Source: a virus (taxonomy: Duplodnaviria; Caudoviricetes). From it: DNA of 30,550 bases. Positions 26,674 to 30,550 of this stretch are shown here, piece by piece (within the stretch, counting starts at the first letter, position 1; every line of letters begins with the position of its first letter). The notes beneath the pieces were generated by a model that worked only from the letters and a program-made list of their open reading frames with translations, ran no database searches and was not told the DNA's origin. The translations under genes and the position numbers were made by a program. Location: the IMG/VR virus record IMGVR_UViG_3300035493_000198, positions 1 through 30,550 of that record; one strand, written 5' to 3'.

Positions 26674-27413
26674 GCCGCTTGTTCCTCGCCATCAAAAAGC
26701 ATGTGTGTGTATTTGCCGTCCCAGTCCTTGCGCATGTCGAGCTGACCTTGTTCGTATTGGGAATAGAGCCACTTGGCACCCTTCTGGGTGAGCACGACCT
26801 TCTCGCAGGGACGATCATCGCGGTTGAGGTAGCGGCGTTCCGTGAAAAGCTTGTCGCGGTAGGCCGCGGCGCTCCGGTATCCGTGCTGGGTCTTCAGGAG
26901 CCGCTTGCGCTCAACCAGGAGGGGCTGAACCCGGTTCAGGTTGACGCCATTGAGCATCCGGCAGAACTCAACCGGTGTGAGCCCGGCCTTCAGGTTGGCC
27001 GCCAGATCGTTGCACACGGCGTTCAGGCGGGTGGTTTCGCCTTTGTAGTGCTCTACCTGGGCATTGAGATCTTCAAGGGCAATCCGGGCAGCCTGGCTCA
27101 GGTTGCTTGCCCATGCAGGAAGGGCCACCTTTTGTTCCAGCTCCTGCCACCGATCTACAAGGCGGGCTGTGAACTCGGGTGACAGCTGGGCGACAATCAC
27201 ATAGCTGTCACGCTTTTCTATCCAGTAGTGGGTTACGGTTTGGCCGCGGTGATTTTTAACTTCCCCCACTGGGGGACGTTGGATAACTCCGCGATCGGCA
27301 AGGCGGTCGATAGACTGCTTCACCTTGTCGTGCCGTGATTCCAACATTTCGGCAATCTCACGACTGCTCATCATCAGAGGGCCATCGTTGATTGTCGGCG
27401 TAAGTTGCTGCAT
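26670..27413 (-). CDS. Rha-family regulator/antirepressor with KilAC-like C-terminus
   Basis: MSSREIAE...RHDKVKQSI...VAQLSPEFTARLVDRWQELE; C-terminal LTQKGAKWLY; AGGAGG RBS. Confidence 0.85.
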   Translation of the reverse strand: MQQLTPTINDGPLMMSSREIAEMLESRHDKVKQSIDRLADRGVIQRPPVGEVKNHRGQTVTHYWIEKRDSYVIVAQLSPEFTARLVDRWQELEQKVALPAWASNLSQAARIALEDLNAQVEHYKGETTRLNAVCNDLAANLKAGLTPVEFCRMLNGVNLNRVQPLLVERKRLLKTQHGYRSAAAYRDKLFTERRYLNRDDRPCEKVVLTQKGAKWLYSQYEQGQLDMRKDWDGKYTHMLFDGEEQAA

Positions 27414-27416
27414 ACT
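27388..27416 (+). promoter_or_regulatory. Sigma70-like promoter, antisense to the rha leader
   Basis: TTGATT-17 bp-CATACT; the -10 overlaps the rha start codon. Confidence 0.55.
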
Positions 27417-27437
27417 TCCTCCTATCTCGTCCGCAAT

Positions 27438-27482
27438 ACCCCGGTAGGCCTGCCAGCCCATGACCCGGGGTTTTGTTTTTTT
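27438..27482 (+). terminator. Intrinsic terminator on the plus strand
   Basis: ACCCCGG/CCGGGGT stem followed by TTTGTTTTTTT. Confidence 0.6.
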
Positions 27483-27891
27483 AGGCCTCTGGCCCTTTCC
27501 CCGTAATAGCCACCCGAACTTCCCCGCCCGGCTTCACGATCTCGTCGCGCTTTAGGAATGGGTGTGTCCGAAAGTGGCAATCGTCGATTCCCAGAGCATC
27601 CGCCAGCCCATCACGGCCAGACTTGAACGCGGCAATCACGTTGTCGTCATCACGCCGGCGGCGATTCGGTGGGCAGAAGTCCAGGAACACATGAATTTCA
27701 CCGCCAGCGGCGACCAGATCGCGCAGGGGCTGCAAGTCCCACTTGCCCTGGTTGATGGCATTGCGCGCTTCGATCTTGCAGGTGTATCGGTACACCTCTG
27801 CGGCCCGGGCCCTCTTTGCCCAGTGCCCCCGGCTATTCGGGCTTAACGCCTTCGGTGGCCAGGGTAGGGTGATCTGCAATTTCTCCGGCAT
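27481..27891 (-). CDS. rusA: RusA-like Holliday junction resolvase
   Basis: LPWPP..LSPN; PPNRRRRDDDNV...K...D..ADALGIDD catalytic motif. Confidence 0.85.
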   Translation of the reverse strand: MPEKLQITLPWPPKALSPNSRGHWAKRARAAEVYRYTCKIEARNAINQGKWDLQPLRDLVAAGGEIHVFLDFCPPNRRRRDDDNVIAAFKSGRDGLADALGIDDCHFRTHPFLKRDEIVKPGGEVRVAITGKGPEA

Positions 27892-28034
27892 GACTGCTCC
27901 GCTGTCCGGTTTTGTTTTTCGTGACGTGTCACGCTATCGAATTAGTGTCAGGCCAGTTTTCAGCCATGGCCCAGGGCTACATGCAGCTTGTCATCGCTGT
28001 TTGATGCGTCGGCCGGGACACTCCCAACCCCTTA

Positions 28035-28184
28035 CGCATCTGAATGAGCCTTGACCGGATTCGAACCTGCGACGACGCCGCGGCGTCCGGAGATGCGTCA
28101 AGGGCGCGACCCTTTGGCAGTGCTCCGCTCCCACGTCGAGTGGGCGCTCTGTCCTGACTGAGCCACAAGGCTCATTCAGATGCG
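28035..28184 (-). ncRNA. tRNA-like structured RNA (tRNA-Arg-like, non-canonical)
   Basis: D-arm GCTC-AGTCAGGACA-GAGC; T-arm GCAGG-TTCGAAT-CCGGT; 5-nt anticodon loop; 54-nt variable insert; perfect 19-bp closing stem; no encoded CCA. Confidence 0.7.
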
Positions 28185-28438
28185 GGCTCCTTACGGGAGC
28201 CATTCGGACTGATCAGCGAGGGCGGTGGTCGTGAGTAACCTTGGCCTCAGTCTGCTGGCGTTCTATCGCCGGGACCCAATCCCCAGCTGCGATGTCGGCA
28301 CCTTGGCTTTCGCCTGGCCAGCTTTACCGGCTGCTTTTAATAGCGCTGCAGCTCGCGCCTGCTGTGTCAAAGAATGGGGCTCTCGCTTTTGCTAAGCTGT
28401 CTCGCGCTACACAAACCAACTTTTCAAAAGGAGGCCCC

Positions 28439-28609
28439 ATGGCCCACGAAAACAATTCCCCTGAACGTATTGCTGCCGACATACTCGTTGCGGCAATAGC
28501 GAAATCACCGGCACTTTCAATGTCTGACCCCGTGAAGCTCCCGGAGCACTACCGGGAGATCCTTGAAGGGGTCCGAAGCGTTCTCGAAGAATCACCTCAG
28601 AACCGGTGA
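28439..28609 (+). CDS. Small counter-oriented hypothetical protein (56 aa)
   Basis: AAGGAGG RBS 4 nt before ATG; TGCTAAGCT extended -10 candidate upstream. Confidence 0.55.
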   Translation: MAHENNSPERIAADILVAAIAKSPALSMSDPVKLPEHYREILEGVRSVLEESPQNR

Positions 28610-28779
28610 TCGCTGGAGCCCTGGCGAATTACCTCCAAGGCCTCATTTAACTCCCTTGCAGCCTGGGCAAGGCTGATCTCGTTGCCAGCTGCATAGCGGG
28701 CAGCCGCCTCCATCCGCCAGCGAACTTCATTCGCATCGGGTGGAGTTCTCTGGTTCTTGCCTTGCGCTGCTTCCGTCAT
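28597..28779 (-). CDS. Hypothetical early protein (cII position)
   Basis: 60 aa; GAGGA RBS; directly after cro. Confidence 0.55.
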   Translation of the reverse strand: MTEAAQGKNQRTPPDANEVRWRMEAAARYAAGNEISLAQAARELNEALEVIRQGSSDHRF

Positions 28780-28864
28780 TTCACGATCCTCAATTCACTG
28801 TACAAATAACCACCCATAGTCAGGCGGGTATTTACCTTGTCCTGCTGTGGCTTAATGGAAACCA

Positions 28865-29113
28865 TCAGGCGGCCTCTCCGGAGCGCTTGTCAGCCGGCAG
28901 GCCGTCAGTTGGATTGGGGTAGATGTCTGGGCGTAACTCGTGAGGAGTGACCTGCCAGTCGGTGGCTTCGCAGACGATAAGCACCTTTTCAGCGGACACT
29001 TTTCTCAGCCCGGAAAGCCATTGATAGATCAGCCCCTGAGTCACTTTCAGGTGATCAGCGAGCTGCCTTTGAGTAACCCTGTTGCGGGCCATGTATGCGC
29101 GTAGTGTCTTCAT
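28865..29113 (-). CDS. cro: Cro-like HTH repressor (YdaS family)
   Basis: TQRQLADHLKVTQGLIYQW HTH; VTPHELRPDIY signature; divergent from cI. Confidence 0.9.
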   Translation of the reverse strand: MKTLRAYMARNRVTQRQLADHLKVTQGLIYQWLSGLRKVSAEKVLIVCEATDWQVTPHELRPDIYPNPTDGLPADKRSGEAA

Positions 29114-29121
29114 GGGTCTAG

Positions 29122-29150
29122 ATATTAGCGATGCTATTAAATCTGGTCAA
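29122..29150 (-). promoter_or_regulatory. PR-like promoter for cro
   Basis: TTGACC-17 bp-TAATAT. Confidence 0.8.
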
Positions 29151-29188
29151 TAGCATCGCTATTTGTGCGAGGCAATAGTTTTGCTATT
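29124..29188. promoter_or_regulatory. Three repressor operators, consensus AATAGC-N3-GCTATT
   Basis: ATTAGCGATGCTATT (29124), AATAGCATCGCTATT (29149), AATAGTTTTGCTATT (29174); exact 25-bp period. Confidence 0.85.
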
Positions 29189-29198
29189 CAATGCAGGG

Positions 29199-29996
29199 AT
29201 GGACGCCAAACGTAAATTATCTGAAAAGCAGATCGCCGACGCCCAGCGCCTAAAAAGCCTTTGGGAGCGCGAATTTAAGGGAAAAATCTCTCAAGAAGAG
29301 GTGGCGTATCGTTGTGGGTGGAAAACTCAGGGTGCGTTTAATCAGTATCTGCACGGAAAGATCCCTATTGGACTTAATGCACTGCTCAAAATTTCCAGGG
29401 CGCTGGGCGTGGACCCTGGAGATATCTCTCCTCACTTGGCGGCAAAATTGTCGAAGCACGGGATCGCAGGCTTCGATCATTCGGCTGCCCCGAAATCACC
29501 CGGTAGCAGTAATGACGAGCTGGAGTTCTTCGGGCACATGGATGCCTGGGACAGCAGCACACCGTTGGATGAGGATGAAGTAGAGTTGCCTCTGTTCAGG
29601 GAAGTCGAGCTGGCGGCCGGAGGTGGTGCCACTCAGGTGATAGAAAATCACGGGGCAAAGCTTCGTTTTGCAAAATCCACTCTGCGCCGGGCGGGTGTTC
29701 CTGCCGAGTCAGCTGCCTGCGCGTTCGTTCGCGGTAACTCCATGGAGCCGGTCATGCCCGATGGCACCTGCGTGGGCGTGAACACCGCTGACAAAGCCAT
29801 CAAAGATGGCGAGATCTACGCAATCGACCACGGAGGCATGCTTCGGGTGAAGTATCTGCACCGTCGACCAGGTGGTGGTATCAAGATCGTGAGCCAGAAT
29901 GCGAGTGAACATCCGGTTGAAGAAGTGACTGCTGAAGACATGGCTGCCAATGTGCGCGTGATCGGGCGCGTGTTTTGGTGGTCGGTACTTCGCTAA
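29199..29996 (+). CDS. cI: CI repressor (HTH + S24 autopeptidase)
   Basis: HTH SQEEVA...TQGAFNQYL; Ala-Gly site LAAG; GNSMEP Ser and RVK Lys; ATG 29199 preferred. Confidence 0.93.
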   Translation: MDAKRKLSEKQIADAQRLKSLWEREFKGKISQEEVAYRCGWKTQGAFNQYLHGKIPIGLNALLKISRALGVDPGDISPHLAAKLSKHGIAGFDHSAAPKSPGSSNDELEFFGHMDAWDSSTPLDEDEVELPLFREVELAAGGGATQVIENHGAKLRFAKSTLRRAGVPAESAACAFVRGNSMEPVMPDGTCVGVNTADKAIKDGEIYAIDHGGMLRVKYLHRRPGGGIKIVSQNASEHPVEEVTAEDMAANVRVIGRVFWWSVLR

Positions 29997-30022
29997 AAGA
30001 CATAATGATCAAGGATGCTTGA

Positions 30023-30550
30023 ATGAAACCATCTCTTCTAGCACTTACAGCCCTTCTCGCTTTCCCTGTGTTCGCTAGTGCTGCCGTCTACAAATGCCAA
30101 TCTGGCGGTCAAACTGTGTTCTCGGACAGGCCTTGCGGTGCCTCTGCAGAAAAGGTTGAAATTCGAGGCGAGAAAAAGCGACAGCAAAGGAAAAATGAGT
30201 GGGAGGTCATCAGGTCCACCGATGAAATGACCGGGAAGGCTGCCTGCGTGGCCAAGTCGCCCAACACTTATATGGGCAAAGAAGGATCGGAATTTCTATT
30301 TGCATCTCTTAGGGTCATGCCATTTGAGTCCGGCTTCATTGTTGGTGCGCGTAGTGAGCAGGGATTTGATAGTCGGCCGGCATCTCTTCATACCAACATC
30401 GACGGGCTTGGTGTGCGGGCTGGGGAATTCGGCTTCAAAGAGTTCAGCGTGAAGCAGGGTAGCTACGTTGTGGGCTTGGCGCCCGAGGCATCCACGCAAT
30501 TAGTGGAAGAGCTGAGGCAGTCCGAGCATTTTCGGATTAGGCTGCGTTAC
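30023..30550 (+). CDS. Exported DUF4124-type protein, 3'-truncated by the window (not in ORF track)
   Basis: Manual translation MKPSLLALTALLAFPVFASAAVYKCQSGGQTVFSDRPCG..., open to the window end; AAGGA RBS. Confidence 0.8.
   Translation, partial: MKPSLLALTALLAFPVFASAAVYKCQSGGQTVFSDRPCGASAEKVEIRGEKKRQQRKNEWEVIRSTDEMTGKAACVAKSPNTYMGKEGSEFLFASLRVMPFESGFIVGARSEQGFDSRPASLHTNIDGLGVRAGEFGFKEFSVKQGSYVVGLAPEASTQLVEELRQSEHFRIRLRY

Larger units (their letters stand above)
1..30550. mobile_element. Temperate lambdoid siphophage/prophage (partial; immunity region through tail tip; boundaries not in window)
   Basis: Ordered cI/cro, replication, lysis, cos, terminase, portal, capsid and tail genes; no sheath gene; no integrase or att seen. 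Confidence 0.95.

Noticed and set aside
28047-28172. Functional decoding tRNA or att-site tRNA remnant
   Set aside because: 5-nt anticodon loop, large insert and no CCA; internal to the early operon with both halves present and no integrase nearby
27977-28203. Short ORFs 27977-28168 and 27991-28203
   Set aside because: No convincing RBS or protein features; the region is better explained as structured RNA
28340-28370. Minus-strand sigma70 promoter from the perfect TTGACA
   Set aside because: No acceptable -10 at 16-18 bp spacing
29163-29198. TTG-start N-terminal extension of cI
   Set aside because: Overlaps the operators; ATG 29199 gives a typical repressor N-terminus
1-30550. Window as a complete circular genome (last ORF is in frame with the ATG at position 1)
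   Set aside because: No terminal overlap; gene 1 has its own signal peptide; frame agreement has a 1-in-3 chance

Overview
The window is one contiguous piece of a temperate, lambdoid, long non-contractile-tailed (sipho-type) phage or prophage, probably from a Gammaproteobacterium (host is an inference only). Read on the minus strand from the right: cro, small early genes, a non-coding region holding a modified tRNA-like RNA, RusA, Rha/antirepressor, a replication initiator (internal HNH domain and iterons), a DUF6475 P-like partner, nin-like genes, a holin-like gene and spanins, a lambda-like cos site, TerS/TerL, a Mor-family activator, gpW, portal, a ClpP-capsid fusion, a decoration protein, an M15 endolysin, head-tail and tail genes, tape measure and a tail-tip module. 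Plus-strand genes are the S24 cI repressor, one small counter-oriented gene and three exported 'moron' proteins (two DUF4124-type paralogs, one at each end, and a lipoprotein). No integrase, att site or Q antiterminator is visible. The most unusual items are: (1) a tRNA-Arg-like cloverleaf with a 5-nt anticodon loop, a 54-nt structured insert in the variable loop and a perfect 19-bp closing stem; (2) a Q-less, Mor-type late circuit with a split lysis cassette; (3) an HNH nuclease domain inside the initiator next to the origin; (4) a predicted antisense RNA at the antirepressor leader. Family assignments come from motif recognition by eye, not database searches.
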